NCBI GenBank assembly: GCA_051942205.1
Contig: JAVECO010000104.1
Span: forward strand, 1-64,000
Direction: 5' to 3'
DNA from: Coniocarpon cinnabarinum
Taxonomy: Eukaryota
DNA length: 64,000 nucleotides
Shown here: positions 1 through 11,112 of the stretch, piece by piece
How the letters are laid out: each line of letters opens with the position of its first letter
Position numbering within the stretch: position 1 is the first letter of the stretch
The notes under the pieces: model-generated
The model's input: the letters and a program-made list of their open reading frames with translations, nothing else
Told to the model about the DNA's origin: nothing
Database searches by the model: none
Translations under genes and position numbers: made by a program

Positions 1-263
1 GATCACCCCTCTAAGACCTTAACAATATTTGTGCTAGAGGTCTTACAGGTCGTAGGGCCTGGAAGTTGCTGGTAGGTCCAAGGAACGTGAATCGAAAATA
101 GGGGTGAAGCTTTTGAAGCACTTAAACGCCACCGGGGAGGGAAGGGGGGGAGGAGGTGGGATCACCCCTCTAAGACCTTAACAATAGGTCCTGGTAGGTC
201 CTGATAGGTCCAAGAACGTGAAGAGAAAATAGGGGTAGAGCTTTCTGAAGCACTTTAACGCCA
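1..263. repeat. Imperfect tandem duplication (~160 bp period)
   Basis: GATCACCCCTCTAAGACCTTAACAATA is identical at 1-27 and 160-186. The segment TAGGTCCAAG..AACGTGAA..GAAAATAGGGGT..AGCTTT.TGAAGCACTT.AACGCCAC recurs at ~72-132 and ~203-263. Confidence 0.85.
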
Positions 264-482
264 CAGCTCAAAAAGGTTAGACCGGTCCGAGTCAGGAAGT
301 GGCGTCATGCATTTATTCTTCCTCCAATTGCATTCTGCATAACGCCAGACTCCAAGCTCACATGCAACATAAAGTGGCCTGTCCTTGAGACCGAAGCATA
401 GATTATTTGAACCAGTGCTAGCGTAGAGTCTTGTCGCGAGTGGAGTGCGGGGAAAGAAGGTGAAGGCCGCTCACGAAAACAT

Positions 483-1598
483 ATGCCACTCCGACCCCCT
501 TCATCGAGTCTACTAAGTAGCGCACCTCAACTCAACTTGACACGAAGTCGTGTTGCGATTTCTCTTGCGGCTCTGACAGGCCTCAGCGCCTATTACATAT
601 CCAGACCTTCTTTTTCTATATCGATCTCAAAACCCTTCACCCCACCACTTTCCACAAGCCAGCAACCTATCCGACTAGACTCGCCGAAGTTCTACTCCAG
701 CATGGCATCTAAACGTTATAAAATCACGCCCTACTCACCGCCAGCAAATGGGCTTCCAGAGCTAAATGCCAAGGACTTCGAGCGCAGTGATGAGAGCGAT
801 GATGCGCAGTTTTATTCGGATGCGAGATTTGTGGCGCATATTGATGAGGGTGCTATCGAAGGGTTGAGCAGGTATTATGGGGAGGTGATTCCAGATCCCG
901 ACGGTGCTGCACCCTCAGACTCTACTTCAGCGACGTCGCCGTCAAGTGGTGCCGCTGCTTCAACGCAAGGTCCGCCATTGATACTTGACCTTTGCAGTAG
1001 CTGGATATCGCATTATCCGTCGCGTGTTAAGAAGCAAGTGCAAGATGGCAAGCTGGAAGTACTGGGCCAGGGCATGAACGCCGCCGAGCTTAAAAAGAAT
1101 CCCCTGCTCACACCTCCTCACTCAAGCTCACCACAACGCTGGATCGTCCATGATCTCAATACCAATCCCAGCATCTCAGCTGTCCTCTCCAGACTTCAAA
1201 TTCCATCAACACGTAAACTCAGCACGTCAACGCTCACGGTGTCGATCGACTACCTAACCCGACCCGTCACCGTGCTTGAATCCTTAGAAAGCGTCACCCA
1301 AGAAGGCGGGACCGTTCATTTGGCGGTGAGTAATCGCTGCTTCCCGACCAAAGCCGTCAAACGATGGATGCATGCCGACGAGGACACGAGATTAAAGATG
1401 TGTTGTGAGGACTTGTGGAGAGCGGGATGGAGAGATGTAGAGGTTGTGGAGGTGACAGATGGCAGTATGGAATCGAGTCAGGGAGGGGAAGAAAGGAGAG
1501 GAGGTGGGGGAGGGTTGAAGGCCTTTATGGCGAGTCTGGGATTGCCAGCGGGCGGGGATCCACTTTGGGTTGTGAGAGGGCGGAAGGCTGAGAGGTGA
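483..1598 (+). CDS. Class I SAM-dependent methyltransferase-like protein
   Basis: Intronless 371-aa ORF with family motifs DESDDAQFYSDARFVAHID, ILDLCSSWISHYP, GMNAAEL, VSIDYLTRP and SNRCFPTKAV. A second in-frame ATG lies at 702. Confidence 0.8.
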   Translation: MPLRPPSSSLLSSAPQLNLTRSRVAISLAALTGLSAYYISRPSFSISISKPFTPPLSTSQQPIRLDSPKFYSSMASKRYKITPYSPPANGLPELNAKDFERSDESDDAQFYSDARFVAHIDEGAIEGLSRYYGEVIPDPDGAAPSDSTSATSPSSGAAASTQGPPLILDLCSSWISHYPSRVKKQVQDGKLEVLGQGMNAAELKKNPLLTPPHSSSPQRWIVHDLNTNPSISAVLSRLQIPSTRKLSTSTLTVSIDYLTRPVTVLESLESVTQEGGTVHLAVSNRCFPTKAVKRWMHADEDTRLKMCCEDLWRAGWRDVEVVEVTDGSMESSQGGEERRGGGGGLKAFMASLGLPAGGDPLWVVRGRKAER

Positions 1599-2276
1599 GG
1601 AGACTCTTGCATAAACTCGAGATTGGTGAAAGGAGGCTTGCGTGCTGTTGAGAGTGCTTGCGTTTAGGTAGCAGATCACTGGTCGGCGTCCTGCTTGTAT
1701 GTGTTACAGATTGGACCCAAGCTCCAGGAGCTGGGTGCTTCTCGCAAGAGATTTTTGCTGTTCACTTCACTTCACACCCTGCTGCTTGTGCTAAAACGTC
1801 TGCCTGATATTCCAGGTTCTGAAAGTCTAGCAGTCCCTCTTCGTGCTGCACCACTTTCCTCACCACTCTCGTCCTACACACGAGCCTATCTCATGGACGT
1901 ACTCCCTGAGCCAAAAGCCTGGCATGAATAATAGGATCGCTATGCCTTTCAAGCGTCGATGATCATGCGAGCGCCTGCGAAGCTCTGCTTTTCTTGTTCG
2001 ATCAGCAAACCTCTTAGGCTATGCTTTTGACTCGCAGGAAACGAGCCCGAGTCGAGTCAGCAACGCGCTATGCTTTCAGACCATTCGCTAGCCTCTGCCT
2101 GCTGCATGTTTGCAGCACAGTCCAGACTGGTCGAGGCTCTACATCATGAGACCGGTGTTTATAGAATGCCATCATGGACTGCTTCGATGCGAGCTTTCGT
2201 CCTACCTTGCATGGGATGCGAAATACACATCTGGCGAAACTCGTCTTGACGAGTATTACATCGAGCGATTGCTGCG

Positions 2277-4394
2277 ATGAGTGCTAATCATCAAGCGCGT
2301 GTTGTGAGCTTTCGTTACTGCCGGGATGAACACTGCCACTTGCGAACGAGTGGAAGCAAACATCTAGTAGGGACTACGTGGATCGTAGACCTGGAGCAAG
2401 GAGCGGCAAAAGCCATTTCGTATGCTTGGGGCGAGTTCGATCGACAAAAGCGCTTCTTAGGGCATTTCGAACATGGCAAGGAGATGCGCATGGAACTCGG
2501 GATAGAATGGAGTCTTCCGGATCTACAAAAGACTTTTATTGGACTCTGCGAAGGCGATGGCGACTTGCAGGACGAGTCAAATATAACACCGCTCTGGATT
2601 GATCAGATCTGCATCGACCAGGACAACACTGAGGAGGTGCGATCCACCCTCAATGACATACCACACATATATCGTACTTTCGAACTACGAGTGCTTCTAC
2701 CAGGTGCTGCTTGTAAGTGCTTTTGGGACGCGCCAAGCAATGGAAAGTATGGGCACGTTGCTCGATGGGAACTTCACGGCTGCACGAATCTGCTGGCCGT
2801 ATGGTCATGGTCAACGCGTTTATGGACAAGACAGGAACTTATGCACGCCCGTAGAGTCCAAGTGGTTTGGAACGAACCAACAACGAAAGAATGCACCAAA
2901 ACAAGCGATCTCCCCAATCTATTCCGCGGATCCGCAAGCTACTTAGACCGCAGTAGACCTCTTGTTGCTCAATTCTGGCTCCAAAAGCTACATGCTCAAG
3001 GTCAAGATCCTGACGACACGTTCGCGTACGGCAAGGATCCGCTGAGTGCCGAGTACTTCGAGACAGATCTTGACAGGCGACTTTCTATGAAGACGCTCGG
3101 CATTGTGCGCAATGTTGACGAAACAGTGCGCAAGTGGCACGACAAACATCACGTCACCATGCAACATCATATGAGTCGAAGAGAAGATACAGTTCTGAAG
3201 CTCTTCTCGATGTTCATCTGCGGAGAGACCTTGACAGCACGAACTTGGAACCGTCGTGTACCGTCAATGCTCGAGCGCACCTGGGAACTCAAAATTGTCG
3301 CCGTCTGGGTATTTATGTTCGACCTGAAAGATCTCCTTGCCCAAGAGCGATACGCTACCAAACCTGCTGATTACGTATTGTCTGTCTGGGTAGACTGCCC
3401 TGACTATGAAGTCCCGCATCAGTTCCGTCAGATGACGATGGCTTCGCTTCTGGAGAACGCTCTCCATCAGTTGCGTTACAACCACGGGATGGCTCTGACA
3501 GCTTGCCTACCTGCAGCTTGCTTTCGCCAAAGTGATGCTCCTTTGTTGTGGGAGCCGCGACATTATCTCGAAGAGAGCGAGGTCCGCAGCATTGCAGACG
3601 TTTACAGAGCTTGTTCTCCGGCCCACGCCATGCAATCTGCAATGATCATTGGCTTTGCTGTTGAATTCTACGCCAGCCCAGAGATTTTGAGCAACTTCAT
3701 CAACGCATTGGATGGCGAGCAGGCGTTCGTGTTTCTGTGGGATGTCTGTGCATCATGGGACCTAGCCTTGAGCAACCATACCTTTTTAAGCGGCAGGACG
3801 CACGCCATGACATCCCAGAGCCGTGAGCTTCGGTTTCTTTCTCTGCTGTGGGCGCATGTCACTAACGTCGAGGGTATCTGCGAATACTCGCCGTCAGAAG
3901 TTTATCAATCAATGGTGAATATGTTCGGAGAGATTCCAGACTGCAAGACCTGGGCTTTTAACCTCACCTGCACCGCGCTCGGCATCCGACCATCCGTTGC
4001 ACAACGCAAAGGCCTCAAGCTCATGGTATCACATTCTCCACCAATGCTAGGGCTCACGAGGTTTGACTTGGAGAAGCACCCCAATCTTGGTCGTGATACT
4101 TTCCGCGTAGATCTGTACGACAATGCAAGATTCCAAGCACACAGTGCCAGTAGAGTGTTCCAATGCCATGGTCAGGTGGGTGTACTTGGCATGTGGGCTC
4201 CAATGGATAGCAAATATGAGAACAGGCGAATGGAGGATGTTCATGCCATGTTGAGCAAGAGGCCAACCTCACCCTTTGTACCTCATTCGTTCATTTTCAT
4301 GCATGGATATGAGGTTGACAAGACAAGGATTGCAATGCGAAACAGCGCCTTGCAACTTTCTGCCTATGGAGAAATGCTTGATCAGCCTCTCTGA
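2277..4394 (+). CDS. HET (heterokaryon incompatibility) domain protein
   Basis: 705-aa ORF with the three HET blocks AISYAWG, LWIDQICIDQDN and W..RLWTRQEL in the N-terminal 190 aa. The C-terminal region is unrecognised. Confidence 0.85.
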   Translation: MSANHQARVVSFRYCRDEHCHLRTSGSKHLVGTTWIVDLEQGAAKAISYAWGEFDRQKRFLGHFEHGKEMRMELGIEWSLPDLQKTFIGLCEGDGDLQDESNITPLWIDQICIDQDNTEEVRSTLNDIPHIYRTFELRVLLPGAACKCFWDAPSNGKYGHVARWELHGCTNLLAVWSWSTRLWTRQELMHARRVQVVWNEPTTKECTKTSDLPNLFRGSASYLDRSRPLVAQFWLQKLHAQGQDPDDTFAYGKDPLSAEYFETDLDRRLSMKTLGIVRNVDETVRKWHDKHHVTMQHHMSRREDTVLKLFSMFICGETLTARTWNRRVPSMLERTWELKIVAVWVFMFDLKDLLAQERYATKPADYVLSVWVDCPDYEVPHQFRQMTMASLLENALHQLRYNHGMALTACLPAACFRQSDAPLLWEPRHYLEESEVRSIADVYRACSPAHAMQSAMIIGFAVEFYASPEILSNFINALDGEQAFVFLWDVCASWDLALSNHTFLSGRTHAMTSQSRELRFLSLLWAHVTNVEGICEYSPSEVYQSMVNMFGEIPDCKTWAFNLTCTALGIRPSVAQRKGLKLMVSHSPPMLGLTRFDLEKHPNLGRDTFRVDLYDNARFQAHSASRVFQCHGQVGVLGMWAPMDSKYENRRMEDVHAMLSKRPTSPFVPHSFIFMHGYEVDKTRIAMRNSALQLSAYGEMLDQPL

Positions 4395-4946
4395 AGGTCT
4401 ACACGCTCCACTTTTTTATGACAAGCAATGTCCTAGTACTTCTCCAACGGGTCTATGAACGATCGTTGTGTCAACTCTGGAGATGACTCCGTTCGTGCTA
4501 CCATCTCGTGCAGTTCCTCGCCGGTGTGATGAACGGATATGTTCTGACGCTATTGCCTCTCGGATTGCTAACATCTGGCTTACTCAAGACCTCCAAGACG
4601 TGAACTCCAGAGCAATGTTTCGAGCCGTGAGTATACTGATTGGACAGACTAGTAGCCTTGCTAAAAGCTGTTCAGTATTGGAGCACTGGCGCTAGCATCG
4701 CTTCTCCAACCGCTCTTCATCGCCGCTTTCGAGAATATTCAGAGCCTGGCACGAGCCCTGCAGGTACGAGCTGCAAAGTCAGCCGTATCTCCACCGCAAA
4801 CCCGCCATCTGCCCAAACTTCTCAGCGAGAAATCGAAACCCAAATCGTTTCGCTTGCGATGAAGCAAGCTCCAGAGCATTGAAATGCTATCAAGTTTCCT
4901 CCCCAATTCATCCATGTGGAGAACACGCGGAGCCATACCCGCACCC

Positions 4947-6830
4947 TCAATACAACTCCCAAACCCGCGACGGCAACACCATCCTCATGATCCGCCAATG
5001 ATCCTCCGCACTCCGCCTCTGATCCACAACCCCGCTCTTCCCCTCTACACGTGGATGTTGCTTCCGCAATTTCCTCACATCAACCCGATGTCTCGGAGGC
5101 AGGGCTCGTCTCCGACTCACACTCCCCAAATAATCACTTTCGTTGACATCGCGCCAATGCCACGTCGGTCGCACCTTCCCCTCCACCCACGCATTCGCGC
5201 AGAAAACCACCAAATTCGTGAAATCTGCCCCTCCGTCGTACGTATCCGGTCGTGGACTCTCGCGATAGACCTTGCAATTTTCTTCAAAAGCGGTATTGAT
5301 CGTCTCCAGGACGTCGAGGGTATGTGGATCCGTCAAGTCGCCTGCATAGTTTATGGCGGCCTTTCCGCCGATGGCTAACAATTTGCGGAGATCCCATAGG
5401 AAGGCGTGTTCGAAGAGGGGAAGGGGTTCCGCGCCGCCGGTGAAGACGTCGTGGATGAGGAAGTCGTATTCGGGGATTTTGGCGCTGCTGAGCGCGCCCG
5501 TTACCCAGTCTTTGGCGTCGGTCGTGTGGATGATGAGGTCGTTGGGGACGTCGAACCAGCGGCGGGCTAGAGATGTGACGCCCGGGTCTAACTCGAGGAC
5601 GGTTGTTTGGATTCCGTGGTCGTTTAGTGCTTTGGGACATGTGCCGATGCCCAGTCCAATTACTAGAGCATTTTCAGGATGTAGACGCTGCAGGGGGGGA
5701 GGCATGTCCGGATCGCTCATTAGGCGCACTGCTTCTAGCATTGTGAAGACGGGGTAGATTGGTTCGGGGACTAGAATGCCGTCGGCGGCTCGTTCGGGAG
5801 TGGGGAGCCAGTTCCCGCCTAGTAACGAGTGGTCGCATCGCAGCACTCTGAACCCGGCGTCCAACGATTCGAGAACTGATAAATAACCAGTCTTGCTTTC
5901 GAGGCGGTCGCGAAGGACGAAACCCGTTTCGCGACTCAACGCGCTGTTCAATCGCGCCGTCGTATGAGAAAGAGGCGCATGTGGATTTGAGTAAAATTGA
6001 AAGAAGAGTGTCGGTATGAGCAGTACAAGAAGCCTGCTAGGACAGGTGACAGCGTACAGAGCTGTGAGAATCGTTTGCAAGGCCCAGCGTGAATAGAGTG
6101 GATCTTCCCGGTAGAAGACGATGTTGTAATCGTACGCGAATTTGAAAACCCGCGCGCTCGATGCAGTCACTTGTCCCATTAGAAGAATAAATAAAGGAAC
6201 TAAATGCACGAACTTCGAACTGTCCTTAATAAAGCTCGATAGCCTGATCGAGATCGCCAGCTGCGTCAGTAGTAGCACTGGCATCAATAAAACAATTTCA
6301 GTAACCAGAGGTCCATAACTAGGACCTAATGTATTACTCAAAGGAACGAGTGCATAATGCAAAAGCACTGGCACGGCGGCGATGTGGAGGGGAAGGCATT
6401 TCTCGAGAAACGGCGCAGAGACCGGGGCGAGGTAGTAGAGTAGACCCGCGAAAAGAGAGGAATGCACTTGGATGGTGGCATGCCAGGTTGAGGTGGGAAT
6501 GGTGCCGTAGATGGGGCTGAGACTGAGTTGGGAGATGGTGCAGGCTGCGCCGGAGAGGAGGAGGAGGAGGGTGCTGCGCGCTAGGGTGGGCCTGATTGAG
6601 GGTTGGGTCTCTTTGTGCGGTTTTGGTGGGATATGCTTTTTCAGGGTCGTTTGTTTTGGAGAGGTGTCTGGTGTTTTGTCTGGTGTTTTGTCTGCTGTAC
6701 TGTTGGATGGTTCATCGGATGGATTGTTGGATGGGTTACTGGATGGGTCATCGAGTGTTTTGTCGGATGTTTCGTCTTGTGCTTGCGATGCTACTTGCGA
6801 TGCTGCTTGCGAAGGGCGTTTGGGCGACAT
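4947..6830 (-). CDS. Spermine/spermidine synthase-like protein with multi-TM N-terminal region
   Basis: 627-aa ORF. Hydrophobic N-terminal half, then ESKTGYLSVLE, VLRCDHSLLGG, ALVIGLGIGT, LELDP, YDFLIHDVFTGG and AAINYAG. Confidence 0.85.
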   Translation of the reverse strand: MSPKRPSQAASQVASQAQDETSDKTLDDPSSNPSNNPSDEPSNSTADKTPDKTPDTSPKQTTLKKHIPPKPHKETQPSIRPTLARSTLLLLLSGAACTISQLSLSPIYGTIPTSTWHATIQVHSSLFAGLLYYLAPVSAPFLEKCLPLHIAAVPVLLHYALVPLSNTLGPSYGPLVTEIVLLMPVLLLTQLAISIRLSSFIKDSSKFVHLVPLFILLMGQVTASSARVFKFAYDYNIVFYREDPLYSRWALQTILTALYAVTCPSRLLVLLIPTLFFQFYSNPHAPLSHTTARLNSALSRETGFVLRDRLESKTGYLSVLESLDAGFRVLRCDHSLLGGNWLPTPERAADGILVPEPIYPVFTMLEAVRLMSDPDMPPPLQRLHPENALVIGLGIGTCPKALNDHGIQTTVLELDPGVTSLARRWFDVPNDLIIHTTDAKDWVTGALSSAKIPEYDFLIHDVFTGGAEPLPLFEHAFLWDLRKLLAIGGKAAINYAGDLTDPHTLDVLETINTAFEENCKVYRESPRPDTYDGGADFTNLVVFCANAWVEGKVRPTWHWRDVNESDYLGSVSRRRALPPRHRVDVRKLRKQHPRVEGKSGVVDQRRSAEDHWRIMRMVLPSRVWELY

Positions 6831-7486
6831 TGATTTTGTCTGAAATTTTGATGGGTGAAATGATTGCTGAAGATTTTGTGAGAGACATTTGGTGTTGAGG
6901 CGAGACGGACGTGAAAATGTCGTTGGTGGATCCCTTGCGTCGTCGACGTGTCGTGATGAAGATGGGTATCATGCAAGGATAGAGGGTGACAGGCGTGACA
7001 GGCGTGACAGGGATGACGAATTACCTAATGAAGTATGTGCGTATAGCTTTGAGCTGATATTGCTTATTTATTTGATCTTCTCTCGCCGCTTTCTCTGTCA
7101 TTCACGTCCTGTCGCCGACGCACTGTCATCGATATGGCGCTGGTAAAATTCATCGTGTCCGTTGGAATAGGTCTCGTTATCAATGGTGATGCTCCTAGAC
7201 CGACGCGTTCCGCATTCATATTAAAGAAGATCATTCATTCGTAAATGTCAAGAACCCAGCCAGCCTCGTCCTCTTGCGACCTGTTCTTAGAGGAAATGAT
7301 GATAGAGGCGGTGCGATAGTGCAACGAGAGGCAGATGATGGATCGTTTGGATAAATTTTATGATCGTGTCCGACTCTTTGTCAGCAAAACGCCACCTTGC
7401 AAAGCCCCAGCTCATTGCTCTTTGTCACGCTCATGTGACTAGCGATGGATGACCGCCGTATCATTCTGCTGTCGAGATGATCGCGT

Positions 7487-7705
7487 CTAGACCTCCGGCA
7501 ACGCTGGTATAGGTTCGTGGTACGTAATAATTGCTGCAACGGCTAGTACCAAGAGCGTGTTGAGTAGAACTGCTGTAAGGGCGCGGAAGTCGCTTGTCTG
7601 GTGAGGACTGTCGCAACAATCGCAACAGCGACAGGCCTCTTTGTGCCCGTTGTCGGTAGCCTGAGAACAGCTGATATGGTGTCCAGTGATGTCGTCTTGA
7701 TCCAT
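7487..7705 (-). CDS. Putative small Cys-cluster/TM protein
   Basis: ORF MDQDDITGHH..CRCCDCCD followed by the hydrophobic segment ALTAVLLNTLLVLAVAAII. Start is uncertain. Confidence 0.35.
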   Translation of the reverse strand: MDQDDITGHHISCSQATDNGHKEACRCCDCCDSPHQTSDFRALTAVLLNTLLVLAVAAIITYHEPIPALPEV

Positions 7706-8553
7706 GTCCCCAAAGAGAATCACACTGTCCAGTGAAGAGGCCAATGGTTCACGTCTCAGAAGCTGACGAAATTGTCCAGCAAGAAGTTTGCTGCAACAAT
7801 TATTTATCTTTCGTCCGTTTCACAGCCTGAGAGGAATGCACGAGCTCTCTCTATCCCCTGATTCCTTCAGATCTGAACAAGGTCGGCACAACAGAGCTGC
7901 TCTGGTAGCTACTACGTCTCAAAGGAGCACTCCAGAAAACGACAAGCGCATCAACCAAGGAGGACCAACGTCAATGGAGCGATCCGCGCAGAATGACGTA
8001 CAGGCTTCTTTGAGGCGTGTGCTCTGGCAAGATTGCAGCGACGTAGCTTCGCAGGGAAAGAGAAGAGGGACGGACTGCTCTCGTATGGCTGCTATTTGAG
8101 GAAGCAAATGAACACTTGGTCGACAGCCCCTTCAGGATCCAAGCAATCCTAACCCCATGGATGACTGAGGACCGGTTGCCCAATTCGACTGGGGCCGACA
8201 CATCAAACCTGGAGGATCCGGATGCAGTGTCCTGCTGCCGCCCAGTCGTGCCGTATCACAGGGCAACACCGCTCCCGGCTTTTTATGCAGGAACGTGCTA
8301 CTTTAGATCTAATGGCATAAGACAACGGTTCTAGCTTCGATGGATCGCAACCCTTGATCGTCTTGTCAAAGACCAATACTGGCGCGACTAGCCCTCTTGG
8401 TAAGAGAAGCAAGAAAGAATGCGCTGTACAAGAAAGAACTACAAACGACGCTATGGGAAGTCAACAGAGTCTCCTCAGCAGTCCCCGCCCGATCCCCCAA
8501 AAATAGCCTGTGCTGAGCGCCATCGTTATAGCTGACGTCTATTTAACAACATT

Positions 8554-8745
8554 CTAAAAACAGTCCCAGCATTCGTCCTCACAGCAGGGGCAGCATTCAC
8601 AGTCCTCGCAGTGGCCACCTTCCTCACAGGCGTTGCACCACGAATGGCATGTGAAGCAGTCCCAGAAGGTTTCTTTGCAGCCCTGCTTCTCAGTCGGATC
8701 TTCCTCCTTGGAGTCGCCACAGCATGATGAGCCGCACTGGCCCAT
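8554..8745 (-). CDS. Small Cys-rich (metallothionein-like) protein with MGxCxS N-terminus
   Basis: MGQCGSSCCG...CEDCECCPCCEDECWDCF, 16 Cys in 63 aa. A possible upstream intron acceptor (GCTGAC..CTAG) makes the true start uncertain. Confidence 0.55.
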   Translation of the reverse strand: MGQCGSSCCGDSKEEDPTEKQGCKETFWDCFTCHSWCNACEEGGHCEDCECCPCCEDECWDCF

Positions 8746-9818
8746 TCCGTAGCTTCGAGGGCACTTTGGCGCACTAGCCGACAATCAAAGTTCCAGGTCC
8801 AGTGATGAGTTTGTCAGCCCTTCGATCAGCCGAGCGCGTCCAGTGCGCGTTGTTCTGGCACGCGCCTCGTCGTTCTAGCACCGATATTGATGGACGTGCA
8901 CACAATCTGGTTGAATCTTACGCCTTCGGAGACACTATGATGTTTTTCGCAGCTCTCCAACCACCGTTCGCAAGCTTCGACGTAATATTGATGCGAGCCA
9001 AATCGCCCTCCGTCCGAGTCCGATCGTAAGGTGGCAAATGTCATTGATGCATATGGAAAGGGGGACAAGACTTTGCCACTTCCGTCGTAGGATTCACTGC
9101 TATGTTAATGACTTGGCAGAATCATTAATGAGGCTTATCAGAAGCGGAGGCTCGGCATATTGGAAGTTGGGGGCGTTCACGCATGCAGAAACATGTTCAC
9201 AAAATTGACAGGTGGGCACAGGAAGGGGCTGCCAAGAAAGAGAGGTGGCTTGTTTGGAATCCTCGTTTCTACCCCCTTTTCATACTGCATTCGGCGCGAC
9301 CATGAATGCAGCGGCAAAGTCCACGGGACAGGGGGCCAAAGACGCGGGTGATGCGGTTCCTTGCCGTAAGGAGTTTGCTTGCGTCAAAACCCCAGCGCAC
9401 AGCGTTGGATATTGCATGACAACGCTCAGGCGTCAAATGACAGTTATCAACGCACAACACCAAGATCGCTCCCTTTCACAAGTGATCTATTACTAAAGCC
9501 AGACTATATCCTCCTGGCTTACAGACAACAGACACTGCGCGCCCAAAGACAGTCCTTGTGTGCAAAGATTGCTCGAAATGGACTGACAGCGTACCGTGCC
9601 ATGGGTTTTCTGCTACATGAGGTTGACCAGCACACTGCGTTTGACACACAGGTACATGCTTTTGCAGCTATCACTCCTTTCCCTGCGCCGTAGACCTTGC
9701 CGATCAGAACATGTTGAATACATGCTCAGCAGCGTATCTGTCTTGGTTGACATCCCCCATCACATTAATCTTGCTTGCCCCATGAAACGTCCAAACTGAT
9801 GCTCTTGAGATAACTGGC

Positions 9819-10400
9819 TCACCCATCAAGAAATTGGTGAGGACAGCACAAGAGCGTGCCACATGCGCAACAACATCCAACAGGTATTTCGATGGCGCAG
9901 CAGACGACATCTTTCAAAGCAGATAACGCACAACCCACTACTGTGCAGATTGGCCAACAGCAGATCTCTAAGCAGCATGCGATGCCTAGCGATATTGCCT
10001 CGCAGTTGCTCAGCTTCTCGCAGTAGCAATCTTTGCATTCTGCACAGAAATCTGCAAGCTCTCCGCAGCAGCTTCCACACTCGTGGCAGCTCCTTTTGCA
10101 CCCTCCGCAGCAACCTTCGCCTCTTTCAGCTGCGAGCGGCTCGAAGGTCATGGGCTCTATTGGTGGAGGCTGATGAGGTGGATCCTCGCTGAGTCCTCGT
10201 TCTGAAGTTGGGTGCGGTTCGGTCATGTTGGCTTGAGTGCCCGAGGGAACGTCGCGTGCAACAGGTACTGGATCGCTCGCTATCATGGGTGGTTGGGCAA
10301 CGGGCTCGGGGGGCTTGAGGTCTTCGAGTCCAGGCCCAAGTGTGGCTCCTGAAAGACGTCGGGCAAGTCCCTGCGAAGAAGAAGCGCTGGGCTCGATCAT
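9819..10400 (-). CDS. Pro-rich N-terminal / Cys-rich C-terminal protein (CYSTM-like architecture)
   Basis: 193-aa ATG-initiated ORF with a Pro/Glu-rich N-half and 26 Cys in the last ~98 aa, including hydrophobic CC-rich stretches. Confidence 0.7.
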   Translation of the reverse strand: MIEPSASSSQGLARRLSGATLGPGLEDLKPPEPVAQPPMIASDPVPVARDVPSGTQANMTEPHPTSERGLSEDPPHQPPPIEPMTFEPLAAERGEGCCGGCKRSCHECGSCCGELADFCAECKDCYCEKLSNCEAISLGIACCLEICCWPICTVVGCALSALKDVVCCAIEIPVGCCCACGTLLCCPHQFLDG

Positions 10401-11112
10401 GTTTGAGTATACTGGGTCTCTTGGGAGGCGTTTGAGAAACCAAGGCGAACTTGAACGTAACAGTACAGCGAGCTCTAACAGATCAGGACTAGTTGAGGCC
10501 CTTGTCGGAGCGTGTACACTCGGAGACAGAGCCTATTGACAGCGGAGAATGATAGCCACTTGAAATATATCAAGGAATTCATAGGTGCAGGCGGCGTGTG
10601 CAAGAGTCGTTGCAAGACACAGCGTCTGCATAGCCTCGTCAAACCATGCTCGGAGAAGTCCAAACGAGCCAAGCCGACAAACGCTGAAGAAGACCACCAC
10701 CGCAGTCTCATGAATCACGTGTAATTCACCAGTGTAGCGCAATCAACAACCTCACACAAGCAAACAAACACGCTTTCACACGGCTGCACCATAGCAATGC
10801 CAGTGGCAGTGCACAAAGACGCATAGGTCTCGCGGAGAAGTGCACTTTCCGCAGCAGTGTGCAGTGGTAGGCGCTTCAGATAGTTCGTCCCGCAGTATTG
10901 ATGAGAGTTTGACGCACAGACTTGTGCCTGCTAGATGATCAAACCCAGGAAGAGCAGCAGTTCCTCCAGCATCACCGTTCCGAAGCCAATCCACTAACTG
11001 TATCCCCACTCAATTCCGCACAGCAAGGCCACACATTGATGAGCATATGACGCCACTTAAGCTACCTTCAACCACCTATCGCGAACTGACGACCCCTCCT
11101 GTGAGACTCATG

